Part shown: piece after piece, positions 43,123-52,563 of the stretch
Position numbering within the stretch: the stretch's first letter is position 1
How the letters are laid out: each line of letters opens with the position of its first letter
Sequence record: DRR378314_424
Strand: one strand, 5' to 3'
DNA length: 64,000 nucleotides
Program-made: the position numbers and the translations under genes
The notes under the pieces: generated by a model
Told to the model about the DNA's origin: nothing
Database searches by the model: none
The model's input: only the letters and a program-made list of their open reading frames with translations

Positions 43123-43587
43123 ATGCCTGTAGACATCGGTCTGAACGACGACGCCCGAAACACATCCGCTGACGCCCTGCGCGTCCTGCTGGCGGAGACA
43201 TATGCATTGTACTCCAAGACGCACGGCTACCACTGGAACGTGACCGGCCCACGCTTCAACAGCCTGCACACCATGTTCGAGACACAATATAATGAGCTGT
43301 GGCTGGCGCTGGACGAAATCGCTGAACGCATCCGCGCGCTCGGCCATTTTGCCCCAGCTTCTGCCAGCGAGATGGTCGAACCAGCCACGATCAAGCCGGA
43401 TAATGGCATTCCGGATGCCGACACGATGGTCGAAAACCTGGTGAAAGGCCATGAAGCGGTCAGCCGCGCAGCGAAAGCCGGTTTGAAGATCGCAGAAGAT
43501 AATGGCGACGCTGTAACGGCCGATCTGATGACGCAGCGCGCCGCCATCTCGGAGAAGACCGCCTGGATGCTGCGCGCCAATCTCTAG
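43123..43587 (+). CDS. dps: Dps family DNA-protecting ferritin-like protein
   Basis: KTHGYHWNVTGPRFNSLH, DEIAERIRALG, EKTAWML; SD AAGGAG. Confidence 0.97.
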   Translation: MPVDIGLNDDARNTSADALRVLLAETYALYSKTHGYHWNVTGPRFNSLHTMFETQYNELWLALDEIAERIRALGHFAPASASEMVEPATIKPDNGIPDADTMVENLVKGHEAVSRAAKAGLKIAEDNGDAVTADLMTQRAAISEKTAWMLRANL

Positions 43588-43632
43588 GGAATCCGCGCCT
43601 CCGGCGCATCCTGTATATTGCACTGCACAACA

Positions 43633-43683
43633 AGTGCCGCGCTTCATGGGCTTGACGGTCCCGCTGAGGCGCGGCACTCTTTC
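43633..43683 (+). terminator. Long hairpin terminator after dps
   Basis: AGTGCCGCGCTTCA...TGAGGCGCGGCACT then CTTT. Confidence 0.65.
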
Positions 43684-43739
43684 ATTTGTGTAATGAATGG
43701 GTCAGCAAGAGCCCACCGGAACAACCCCGGACTGCGCGC

Positions 43740-43855
43740 AAAAAAAGGCCCGGCAGCGAGTTAACGCGCCGGGCTGTAAAGTATCGGGTCCCGTAGGGGG
43801 GAGGAAACGCCCAATCGGAGGAAGGATTGGGTTAATGCCCGGGACCCTTGGCATG
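43740..43855 (-). ncRNA. Candidate trans-acting sRNA with anti-SD motifs (AbcR/MmgR-like)
   Basis: Nested stems GGGTCCCG/CGGGACCC and CCCAATC/GATTGGG exposing CUUCCUCC and UUUCCUCCC; GCCCGGC/GCCGGGC terminator plus U7; TTGAAA-N16-TATCTA promoter; 5' end estimated. Confidence 0.75.
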
Positions 43856-43907
43856 CGTGTTAGATAAACACTCCAGCCCTGTTTTCAACCTACGAGACAG
43901 CAAAGCT

Positions 43908-43927
43908 TTCATGCAATTCTGCATGAA
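43908..43927. promoter_or_regulatory. Perfect palindrome, candidate activator site of the sRNA promoter
   Basis: TTCATGCA-ATTC-TGCATGAA about 20 bp upstream of the -35. Confidence 0.65.
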
Positions 43928-43941
43928 TGTCGCATTTCTGA

Positions 43942-44850
43942 CTAATTCTGACGCATAGCAGGACGCCGCAGGATTTCGGTCTCTGCGGTGATGAAATCCC
44001 GGAACGCCGCAATCCGCTTGGAACGGCGCAAATCACTCGGATAGATGAAGTAAAGATCGAAGATCGGGCCGACCGTTTCCGGCAGCACTTTCACAAGGCG
44101 CGGCATTGTCCCGGCCATGTAATCCGGCACATCCGCAATCCCCAGACCAGCATCGACCGCGCGCAACATGGCGAACACATTGTTCACTTTCAGCGCGGCC
44201 TGCCGTGGCGGGCTGTCATCACGACCTACCCGGCAGGCAAAGCTCATCACATCCAGCATGGAGGTTTCGTCGCCATAGGCGATGATCCGGTGATTATCCA
44301 GATCCTGCGGCGTGCGGGGCATCCCATAGGCTTTGAGATATTCCGGCGAGGCATAAAGGTTCGTCGCAACTGTGCCCAGCTTGCGCTGGATAAGGTCCGC
44401 CTTGTCTGCGGCCCACAGGCGGATGGCGCATTCGGCCTCCAGCTTCAGCAAATCATATTCGCGGCTGTCATCAAGACGAAGGTCCAGGTTCATATCCGGA
44501 TGCTTGCGCATGAAGCCACCAAGGCGCGGCACCAGCCAGGTTGAGCCGAACGCCACTGGCGCGGCTACGATCAATTCGCCCTGCGGGGTTTCCTGCTGGT
44601 CCTTCAGCAACGTATTCGCCGATTGCGCGGCGGTCGCCATTTCCATGGTCGAGCGGAACAGGGTGTGGCCGCTATCGGTCAGCACCAGGCCGCGCGCATG
44701 CCGCTGGAACAGGGACACGCCCAGCGCCTCTTCCAGCGCCGCGATCTGGCGTGAGACAGCCGACTGCGATATGCCCAGCCGCTCGCCCGCAGATGTCAGG
44801 CTGCCCGCTTCGGCCGCCGCGTGGAAAGATTTCAGTTTACCCCAATCCAT
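43942..44850 (-). CDS. LysR-type regulator, LsrB/VtlR-like
   Basis: MDWGKLKSFHAAAEAGS..SQSAVSRQI..LFQRHARGLVLT; ADLIQRKL; YFIYPSDLRRSKRIAAFRDF. Confidence 0.9.
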   Translation of the reverse strand: MDWGKLKSFHAAAEAGSLTSAGERLGISQSAVSRQIAALEEALGVSLFQRHARGLVLTDSGHTLFRSTMEMATAAQSANTLLKDQQETPQGELIVAAPVAFGSTWLVPRLGGFMRKHPDMNLDLRLDDSREYDLLKLEAECAIRLWAADKADLIQRKLGTVATNLYASPEYLKAYGMPRTPQDLDNHRIIAYGDETSMLDVMSFACRVGRDDSPPRQAALKVNNVFAMLRAVDAGLGIADVPDYMAGTMPRLVKVLPETVGPIFDLYFIYPSDLRRSKRIAAFRDFITAETEILRRPAMRQN

Positions 44851-45100
44851 GGGGAGCGTTTGTGACGCCTAAATGACCCCACGGCAAGCAGAGAATGCGG
44901 CAGTCCCTCCCACCCGCATACTGTAGGGCGGGTTGAACAAAGCGATGCGCGCCCGTTCCACGCTCTCTCTGTGATGTGGTGTTGGTGGAATCCTGTCCAA
45001 ATTCGCACCCAAGCCACTACGTTCCCCAACGTGACGCCCCACTGCCATGCCTGTTCTTCTAGTTTCCGGGTGATACACTCCTCATCGGGAGGAATATCAG

Positions 45101-45742
45101 ATGCCACGACTGAAACAGGCGGGGCGCGAAGCGGAAAATCCGTTCGCAAACCGGATTTTTGACATCCTGTTCGGCGAACGGGACCCGATTGCGGAGCCTG
45201 GAACCGAGACCGGAACGCCCGGGAACTGGTGGACTGTTTTCAACATCGTGCCGGATGCATTCAAGCACACAACTGAAGGGTTTCAGTTTTACCGGTCAAA
45301 AAATCGGAAGCTGGATCCGAAACTGCGTGAACTCGGACAGACCCGCGCAGGCTTTGCCGTTGGCTCACAGTTTGTCTTTTCCCAGCATTGCAAGGCCAGC
45401 CGCGACGTCGGCCTCACCGAAGACCAGATCGCCGCCATACCTCATTGGCAGGTGGCATCCTGCTTCAGCCCGCTGGAGCGCGCAGTTCTCGCCTATACGG
45501 ACGGACTTGTCCTGCAGCGCGGCCGCATCCCGGATGGCGTGTTCGATGCGCTGAAGTCCGGGCTGTCGGATGAGGAAATTCTCGAACTCACCTACATCAC
45601 CTGCACCTATATGATGCACGCGATCATGAGCCGCGCACTGAAGCTGGAATATGATGATGTGGATGAGCGTATTGTTGAGATAGCCGCACCAAAAGATGCG
45701 AACACGGATGTCATGTCGATGGTCGACAAGGGAGGAAACTGA
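45101..45742 (+). CDS. Carboxymuconolactone decarboxylase/AhpD-like family protein
   Basis: LDPKLREL, FVFSQH, FSPLERAVLAYTD, LSDEEILEL; SD GGAGG. Confidence 0.85.
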   Translation: MPRLKQAGREAENPFANRIFDILFGERDPIAEPGTETGTPGNWWTVFNIVPDAFKHTTEGFQFYRSKNRKLDPKLRELGQTRAGFAVGSQFVFSQHCKASRDVGLTEDQIAAIPHWQVASCFSPLERAVLAYTDGLVLQRGRIPDGVFDALKSGLSDEEILELTYITCTYMMHAIMSRALKLEYDDVDERIVEIAAPKDANTDVMSMVDKGGN

Positions 45743-45744
45743 AC

Positions 45745-46281
45745 ATGGCCTATCATCATCTCGCCCTCGCCGCGAAAGACATGAAAGCCACGCACGCATT
45801 CTATGAAGGCATCATGGGATTTGAACTGGTAAAGGTTGAAGTTGCTCCCATCATGACCGGAGGCTGGGGCAAGCATTTCTTTTACCGCATGGATGGCGAT
45901 GACAGCCGGTTTATCGCCTTCTGGGAACTTCATGACACAGAGGGCAGCGAAGATTATGTGTATGACATCAACGCCGCCGCCAAACTGCCGCCGGGCACGA
46001 ACCATTATTCCTTTTCCGTTGACTCGAAACAGGAGCTGGAAGACTGGAAACAGAAATGGCTCGCAGCCGGTCTGGACGTATTCGAAATCGACCATAATTG
46101 GTGCCATTCGATTTATACCAGAGACCCAAACGGAAACTCTGTCGAATTTTGCCTGACCACAAGAACGTTCACCGAGACCGACAGGCAGCGCGCGCTCGAC
46201 GCACTTTCGGAAACAGAGTTCACCCCCTCCCCGGCCCCTGCCTTCATGCAATTATGGAATGCGAAAAAGGTAGACAGCTGA
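45745..46281 (+). CDS. VOC/glyoxalase family protein
   Basis: YHHLALAAKDM..FY, NHYSF, SIYTRDPNGNSVEF. Confidence 0.9.
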   Translation: MAYHHLALAAKDMKATHAFYEGIMGFELVKVEVAPIMTGGWGKHFFYRMDGDDSRFIAFWELHDTEGSEDYVYDINAAAKLPPGTNHYSFSVDSKQELEDWKQKWLAAGLDVFEIDHNWCHSIYTRDPNGNSVEFCLTTRTFTETDRQRALDALSETEFTPSPAPAFMQLWNAKKVDS

Positions 46282-46289
46282 TAGATCGC

Positions 46290-46907
46290 CTACTGACTGG
46301 CCCAGAGGATACGGGCGATCCAGGCGATCTCGGACGGCTTGAAACTGCGTGTGGGATAGGCCGGGTTCAGAGAGGCAAGCTCCACCGCGCGCGAATTCCG
46401 CCGTGCAAGGATCTTGGCCATCACTTCACCTTCCAGCGTTTTCGCCACAACCCGGTCACCAATTTTCACCTCGGAGCCCGGCGAGACGATGATCCGATCC
46501 CCCGCGCGATAGGCTGGCTCCATCGAATCGCCGCTGATCTCCAGCGCATATACAGACTCGGTCTCAAGCCCCGGAAAGCGAACCTCTTCCCAGCCGCCCC
46601 CAACCGGAAACCCTGCATCGTCAAAAAAGCCGTCCTGCCCGGCTTGCGCAAAACCAATCAAGGGCGCAATCGCGCCGCGCCGCCCATCGACCAGCGCCGC
46701 GAAATCCTCAAACCGACTGCCAACTGAATCCAGCACACGCGCAAGACTCTCCGTAGACGGCCAGCGCGGACGACCATCCGCCGCCTCCCGCTTCGACGGA
46801 TTGAACGCCGTCGGGTCCAGCCCGGCCCGCCGCGCAAGACCAGATGGGGTCAATCCATGATGAGCGGCCAGGGCATCAATGCCTCGCCAAATGTCACGAT
46901 GTTTCAT
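46290..46907 (-). CDS. HTH plus S24 peptidase (LexA/CI-like) repressor
   Basis: SGLARRAGLDPTAFN HTH, AG cleavage site (AQAG), catalytic GDSM and MAK. Confidence 0.92.
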   Translation of the reverse strand: MKHRDIWRGIDALAAHHGLTPSGLARRAGLDPTAFNPSKREAADGRPRWPSTESLARVLDSVGSRFEDFAALVDGRRGAIAPLIGFAQAGQDGFFDDAGFPVGGGWEEVRFPGLETESVYALEISGDSMEPAYRAGDRIIVSPGSEVKIGDRVVAKTLEGEVMAKILARRNSRAVELASLNPAYPTRSFKPSEIAWIARILWASQ

Positions 46908-46966
46908 GGGATAATTTTCCCAACTATTGCCTTGCTCGCTAAATAGGAATATCCACCTATTGTCAA
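46907..46966. promoter_or_regulatory. Two GG-N8-CC palindromes plus TTGACA (minus strand), candidate autoregulatory operators
   Basis: TGGG-ATAATTTT-CCCA (46907-46922) and AATAGG-AATATCCA-CCTATT (46942-46961). Confidence 0.6.
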
Positions 46967-46985
46967 GTCAGGTTGGGAGTCAGGC

Positions 46986-47714
46986 ATGAAACTCTTCATT
47001 CATGGCGTGCCGGATACGCCGCATTTGTGGGAACCGCTGATTTCCGTGCTGGACCTCAGTGAAAACGACTATCGTGCGCCTGCCCTGCCCGGTTTTGGGT
47101 GCGCCCGTCCGGCCGGGTTCTCTGCCACGAAAGAAGCTTATACAGATTGGCTTGTCGGCCAGATGGAAGACATTGGCGGAGGCATAGATATCGTTGGCCA
47201 TGACTGGGGCGCCTTGCTGACCTTGCGGGCCGTCTCTCTGCGGCCGGATCTTGTGCGCACCTGGTGCGTTACCAACGCGGTGATCGATCCCGAATATCGT
47301 GGACATGCCATGGCCCGCCGCTGGGCTACACCAATCCTGGGCGAGTTGGTTATGCTGGGCATGCGGAACAAGAAGCGGCTTCTTCCCGCCATGATCGCTG
47401 GCGACATGCCGAAAAGCCTCGCAAACAAGGAAGTTCCCCTGATTGACAAGACCATGCGGCAGAGCATCCTCGATCTTTACCGCTCAGCAGACGGACTGCG
47501 GTTTTCAGATGACTGGGTCAACGGCCTCGCAAATCTGCCACAGCGCGGACAGCTTTTCTGGGGCGAGACTGATCCTTATGTCGACCTTTCCGTCGCCAAA
47601 CGGTTTTCAGAGCGATGGAATGTCCCACTTCATGTGGAGACCGGTGCGGGGCACTGGGCCTGTGCAGAACGGGCGACGGAATTCGCCGCCCTTCTCCAGT
47701 CACATTGGGCGTGA
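46986..47714 (+). CDS. Alpha/beta hydrolase (epoxide hydrolase/dehalogenase-like)
   Basis: HGVPD, GHDWG nucleophile Asp, WGETDPY, AGHW. Confidence 0.9.
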   Translation: MKLFIHGVPDTPHLWEPLISVLDLSENDYRAPALPGFGCARPAGFSATKEAYTDWLVGQMEDIGGGIDIVGHDWGALLTLRAVSLRPDLVRTWCVTNAVIDPEYRGHAMARRWATPILGELVMLGMRNKKRLLPAMIAGDMPKSLANKEVPLIDKTMRQSILDLYRSADGLRFSDDWVNGLANLPQRGQLFWGETDPYVDLSVAKRFSERWNVPLHVETGAGHWACAERATEFAALLQSHWA

Positions 47715-47717
47715 ACT

Positions 47718-50306
47718 TCAGGCGGCCTCTTTTTTCGGGCTGCCAAGCTCCTGCTTCACACGCTCTGCCAACTGACGAACAGTAAACGGTTTCGGCAGGA
47801 AGGAAACTGCCCGGTCATCATCCAGCTGCTTGGCAATATCGCGCTCTGCATAGCCAGAGATGAAGATCACACGTGCATGGCCAAGCAACTCCTTGGCCTC
47901 GCGGATCAGCGTCGGACCATCCTTACCCGGCATGACGACATCTGAGATAACGAGGTCGAAGCTCTCCGGATTGTCTTCCAAAATCTCCATTGCCTCTTCG
48001 CCATCGCAGGCCTCCTCAACCTCATAGCCGCTGGAGCGCAGCAGAGAGGCAGCAATGCCGCGAACACCGTCTTCATCCTCGATCAGCAGGATCCGACCAC
48101 GGCCGGAAATATCCACTGGCTGGCTCGCGGCGTGCTCGACCTGCGCCATATCCACTGGCTCTGGAATCTCTTCGGCGGCCAGCGCTGGCAGGTAGATGTG
48201 GAAGGTCGTGCCTTTGCCCACGCCAGAGGTGGTGCAAATATAGCCGCCGGACTGCTTGATAATGCCGTACACAGTCGCGAGGCCAAGACCCGTGCCAACG
48301 CCCGCTTCTTTCGTGGTGAAGAAGGGTTGGAAGATCTTGTCCATGACATCCTTCGGCATGCCGTGGCCGGTATCTTCCACTTCAATCAGCATGTAGTCGC
48401 CATCATTGACGAAGGAGAAGCCCTTCTCCTGGGCTTCCTTGCCAGTCGCCCGCGCCGTACGGATCGTCAGCTTGCCGCCATTCTTGTGGCTCAGCATCGC
48501 ATCGCGCGCATTGGTGGCAAGATTGAACAGCGCGTTTTCCAGCTGGTTCTTGTCAGCCTTGACGTATGGCACATCGCGGCCATGCTTGACGTCCAATTCG
48601 ATCCGCTCGTCCAGCAACTGACGCAGAAGAATGGAAAATTCGGTCATGAAGTCTGTCACCGCGAAGACTTCGCGCTTGAAGGTCTGCTGGCGCGCATAGG
48701 CGAGCAGCATCTTCACGAGGTCTTTCGCGCGGATCGAGAATTCGTGGATCGACTTCAAATTCGGATAGGAAGGGTCACCCAGCGGATGGTGGACCATAAG
48801 CTGCTCATTGTTCAGGATGATACCCTGAAGCACATTATTGAAGTCATGCGCCACGCCGCCGGCAAGCTGGCCAATCGCCTGCATCTTCTCGCCATGCGCC
48901 AGACGCATCTCCAACTGGCGCTGCTCGGTAATATCCATGACATACGCAACCGACGGACGACCCGCGCCGTCCAGCGCCACGAAGACATTGACGTGCTTGG
49001 GCTCGGCGCCGGCAAGCTTCAGGCTGATCGGCTTGTCGATCGCATCAACGAGGAGACCACTCAACGCCTCCTGCCCTTCCTCGGCGAGGAAGAGGTCAGA
49101 GAATTTTCCGCCCGGCGCAGCCTTGCCTTCGGTCAAATCCATCAGGGAGCGATTGGCATCCATGATGATCGCGCTGTCGACGCTGCCGCCTTCCAGACGC
49201 ACAGCACCAAAAGGCGCGTCATCAAACATCGGGTCGCCATCCGGGCGCGGCGGACGCGAAGCGGTCGACAGGCGGAAGCCTTCCTCGCCCGTATTCATCA
49301 CCTGTTGGCTGGCCAAGATGATTGTACGACCGGTCGCTTCGGCGCCCTTGCCAGACCAGGTCGTGATCGCCTGGACTGGACGCTCGACACCATCGCGGCC
49401 GCGCAACTGAATATCCACCCGGCCCGGCACACCGGATTTGCGATCTCGCGACAGCATCTTCACAAATTCCGGGCGCATGATGTCATCGATCCGGATGTTC
49501 TTCGCCATTTCCGGCAGACCGAGCATGTCGCGCAGCCAGCCATTGGCGTAGGTAATCGTACCGTCCGGACGCGCGGCAAAGAAACCCATCGGAGCGTCTT
49601 CGACGTAAAGCGACTTCAAGTCCGCCGCACCAGTCGCTTCGCGCTCGCCTGCGATCGGGCGGATGCGCCACAGAACCTTGTCACGTGGCAGCGGAGAAAC
49701 AGTGATCTCGAACTGCGCCGGTACGCGCTCAGGGCCAATCGTGATCGGTGGCAGGATTTCGCGGCGCGCATGACCGACTTTGGCGTCCTTGGAGAGGCGA
49801 TAAACGGGCGCTGCCAGACCGGGATTGGCCCCGAACAGGCGGTCGACAGTGACAGGCGCACCTTCGGCCTGTGAACCAATCAGAGCCAGCGTGGTCAGTT
49901 CGCGGTAAGATCCATTCGCCGCCATTGGCGCGCCACCGCGGTCTGCAATCAGAACAGATTCATCCAGCGCTTCGATCCAGCCATAACGAGGCGTCGCCGC
50001 CTGCGCTGCGCGAGCAATCGAGCCGCGCTCCGGAAACAGGCCCAGCATCCGACCGGCGCCGCGCACACTCCACAACAGGAAAACCAGACCACCAGACGCC
50101 ATTGCGATCAGAAGGATCGGTCCCGGCGCGCCCGATGCGTTCGGCCAGGCAAGCGCTACACTCGCAGCGGCAATCGACACAAGCAGGCAGACCCAGAATG
50201 ACAATTGCATCCAGTCCAGCCGTCCACGCTCAGACAACGCACTCAGTTCAGCGGCAGAATCCTGATCGTCAACGGGAGCAGCATTGGCCTGCACTTTTAA
50301 ATCCAT
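47718..50306 (-). CDS. cckA: Hybrid histidine kinase CckA
   Basis: Two TM, PAS domains, KMQAIGQLAGGVAHDFNN, LATNARDAM, PFFTTK, GTGLGL, C-terminal receiver. Confidence 0.9.
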   Translation of the reverse strand: MDLKVQANAAPVDDQDSAAELSALSERGRLDWMQLSFWVCLLVSIAAASVALAWPNASGAPGPILLIAMASGGLVFLLWSVRGAGRMLGLFPERGSIARAAQAATPRYGWIEALDESVLIADRGGAPMAANGSYRELTTLALIGSQAEGAPVTVDRLFGANPGLAAPVYRLSKDAKVGHARREILPPITIGPERVPAQFEITVSPLPRDKVLWRIRPIAGEREATGAADLKSLYVEDAPMGFFAARPDGTITYANGWLRDMLGLPEMAKNIRIDDIMRPEFVKMLSRDRKSGVPGRVDIQLRGRDGVERPVQAITTWSGKGAEATGRTIILASQQVMNTGEEGFRLSTASRPPRPDGDPMFDDAPFGAVRLEGGSVDSAIIMDANRSLMDLTEGKAAPGGKFSDLFLAEEGQEALSGLLVDAIDKPISLKLAGAEPKHVNVFVALDGAGRPSVAYVMDITEQRQLEMRLAHGEKMQAIGQLAGGVAHDFNNVLQGIILNNEQLMVHHPLGDPSYPNLKSIHEFSIRAKDLVKMLLAYARQQTFKREVFAVTDFMTEFSILLRQLLDERIELDVKHGRDVPYVKADKNQLENALFNLATNARDAMLSHKNGGKLTIRTARATGKEAQEKGFSFVNDGDYMLIEVEDTGHGMPKDVMDKIFQPFFTTKEAGVGTGLGLATVYGIIKQSGGYICTTSGVGKGTTFHIYLPALAAEEIPEPVDMAQVEHAASQPVDISGRGRILLIEDEDGVRGIAASLLRSSGYEVEEACDGEEAMEILEDNPESFDLVISDVVMPGKDGPTLIREAKELLGHARVIFISGYAERDIAKQLDDDRAVSFLPKPFTVRQLAERVKQELGSPKKEAA

Positions 50307-50504
50307 CGGTCGCTTTACACTCCTGCTGCCAGCCGCCAAGGTCGCGCCAGCACTTTACGCCTATTTCCGTCCAGCATCGCTGGCGACTCAGTCATACGGA
50401 ATCCTAGTCTACCAAATGTGGCACGACAAAGGTTAATGAAGTGGGAAAAGACGTTAAGATGAACGTTGAAAATTGCAGAAATCACAGTGGAATCGGAGGT
50501 TTTC

Positions 50505-52394
50505 ATGAGACGGACTTCAACAGCAATCGCAGCGCTCCTGCTGCTCGGCGCATGCCAGAGCGAGCCCAGCGACACGCTTCCGCCGCCAGTTGCCGAGATG
50601 CCGCCAGCGCCGGCAATTCAGGACCGCGCTGAAATCGTTGCTGCAGAAAGCGCCCGCCTGAACCAGTTCTTCGAAGACAAGTTCCAGGCCACGCTTTCGC
50701 GCAATCCGATGTACCAGACCTATCTGGGCGTGAAGACCGATTATGACAAATGGAACGACGTCTCTGACGAAAATGCCGTGCGCGAAATGGAAATCCAGCG
50801 CGCCGACATGGAAGAGATGAAAACCCTGTTCGACTACGACCTGCTGGACGATCAGGCCAAACTGTCCTGGCGACTTGCGGAATATGAACTTGCGCAGGCG
50901 GAAGCGGCCTTCCCATTCCGCCATCACAGCTACACCTTCGACCAGATGCGGGGTGTGCAGTCGAGCATTCCGGCCTTCCTGGTCAACCAGCATGGCGTCA
51001 CCAGCCTGTCAGACGCGGAGGCCTATGTTTCGCGGCTCGAAGGCATCTCAGCTTATCTCGATCAGCACATTGAAAATGCGGAGTATTCGGCGAGCCTTGG
51101 CATCAAGCCACCGGCCTTCGCCTACGCCTATGTCCTGAACGATTCCAAAGGCGTCATAACAGGATACCCGTTCACGTCGGACGTTTCCGATGGCAGCGAA
51201 GACAGCCCGCTGATGAAGGATTTCCGCGGCAAGGTCACCAAACTGGTCGAGGCTGAAACCATTGATCAAAGCCAGGCGGACGCATTGCTTTCGGATGCGG
51301 TTGCGGCGCTGACATCATCCGTCGGCCCAGCCTATGAGAATGTGATCACGGTCATGGAGGCCCACGCCGAAACCGCCACGACAGATGATGGCGCGTGGAA
51401 GCTGCCAGACGGCGACGCCTATTACGAGATGCGCCTGAACCAGATGACCACGACAGGCATGAGCGCAGCTGAAATTCATCAGCTGGGTCTCGACGAAGTG
51501 GCGCGCATTCACGGCGAAATGCGCGGAATCATGGCGCAGGTCGGATACGAAGGCACGCTCAAAGAATTCTTTGAATTCATGCGGACTGACGAGCAATTCT
51601 ACCTGCCGAACACGGAAGAAGGTCGTGAGGCTTACTTGTCCGAGGCACGTCATCAGATCGAGCTGATGAAAGAGGACCTGCCGAGTGTGTTCAACACATT
51701 CCCGAAAGCCGACATGATCGTGAAAGCGGTTGAGCCGTTCCGCGAAAAGTCCGCAGGCAAGGCCTTCTATTCCCGCCCTGCCCCGGATGGCAGCCGGCCC
51801 GGCACCTACTATGCAAACCTCTACCGCATGCAGGATATGCCGACCTATCAATTGCAGGCACTTGCCTTCCATGAGGGCATTCCGGGCCACCACATGCAGA
51901 TTGCCATCGCGCAGGAACTGGAAGGCATTCCGAGCTTCCGGAAGTATGGCGGCTACACCGCCTTCTCCGAGGGCTGGGGCCTGTACTCAGAATACCTGCC
52001 GAAGGAAATGGGCTATTATTCCGACCCGTATGATGATTTCGGCCGCCTCGCCATGGAGATCTGGCGCGCTGCCCGTCTCGTCGTCGACACCGGAATTCAC
52101 GACAAGAAATGGACCCGTGAACAGGCAATCCAGTATCTTCTCGACAATACGCCGAACCCCGAAGGCGACGCGAAGAAAGCCATTGAGCGCTACATCGTGA
52201 TGCCGGGTCAGGCGACAGCTTACAAGATCGGCATGATCAAGATCCTGGAGCTTCGGGAATCAGCCAGAGCCGAACTTGGTGATGCATTCGACATCGCAGA
52301 GTTCCACGATGTTGTGCTGAAGGATGGCCCGGTTCCGCTCAGCATTCTGGAAGAGAATGTGAAAACCTGGGTCGCCTCCAAACAGGAAGCCTGA
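50505..52394 (+). CDS. DUF885 family lipoprotein (putative metallopeptidase)
   Basis: Lipobox LGAC; HEGIPGHHMQ, EGWGLYSE, PGQATAYKIG; SD GGAGG. Confidence 0.93.
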   Translation: MRRTSTAIAALLLLGACQSEPSDTLPPPVAEMPPAPAIQDRAEIVAAESARLNQFFEDKFQATLSRNPMYQTYLGVKTDYDKWNDVSDENAVREMEIQRADMEEMKTLFDYDLLDDQAKLSWRLAEYELAQAEAAFPFRHHSYTFDQMRGVQSSIPAFLVNQHGVTSLSDAEAYVSRLEGISAYLDQHIENAEYSASLGIKPPAFAYAYVLNDSKGVITGYPFTSDVSDGSEDSPLMKDFRGKVTKLVEAETIDQSQADALLSDAVAALTSSVGPAYENVITVMEAHAETATTDDGAWKLPDGDAYYEMRLNQMTTTGMSAAEIHQLGLDEVARIHGEMRGIMAQVGYEGTLKEFFEFMRTDEQFYLPNTEEGREAYLSEARHQIELMKEDLPSVFNTFPKADMIVKAVEPFREKSAGKAFYSRPAPDGSRPGTYYANLYRMQDMPTYQLQALAFHEGIPGHHMQIAIAQELEGIPSFRKYGGYTAFSEGWGLYSEYLPKEMGYYSDPYDDFGRLAMEIWRAARLVVDTGIHDKKWTREQAIQYLLDNTPNPEGDAKKAIERYIVMPGQATAYKIGMIKILELRESARAELGDAFDIAEFHDVVLKDGPVPLSILEENVKTWVASKQEA

Positions 52395-52563
52395 TCCGAA
52401 ACGCCGCGCAGCCCTCTGCAGACATTCCGCATTAGGCGGGAACGGCAGATACGCTGCGCGGCGCTTTCTTGGGAACTGATAAAGTCAGGCGACGTAACTT
52501 GATCTGAACGTTTGACCGTCCCTATCAGGGGACTGGACCAATTTGCCATCAGGAGATTTGGGG

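Noticed and set aside
46290-46907. Prophage suggested by a CI-like repressor
   Set aside because: No integrase, structural or replication genes nearby
48132-49874. 580-aa plus-strand ORF
   Set aside because: Antisense shadow of cckA
52395-52563. yybP-ykoY Mn riboswitch expected upstream of a TerC gene
   Set aside because: Conserved GGGGAGUAG and CGAGACC elements not found
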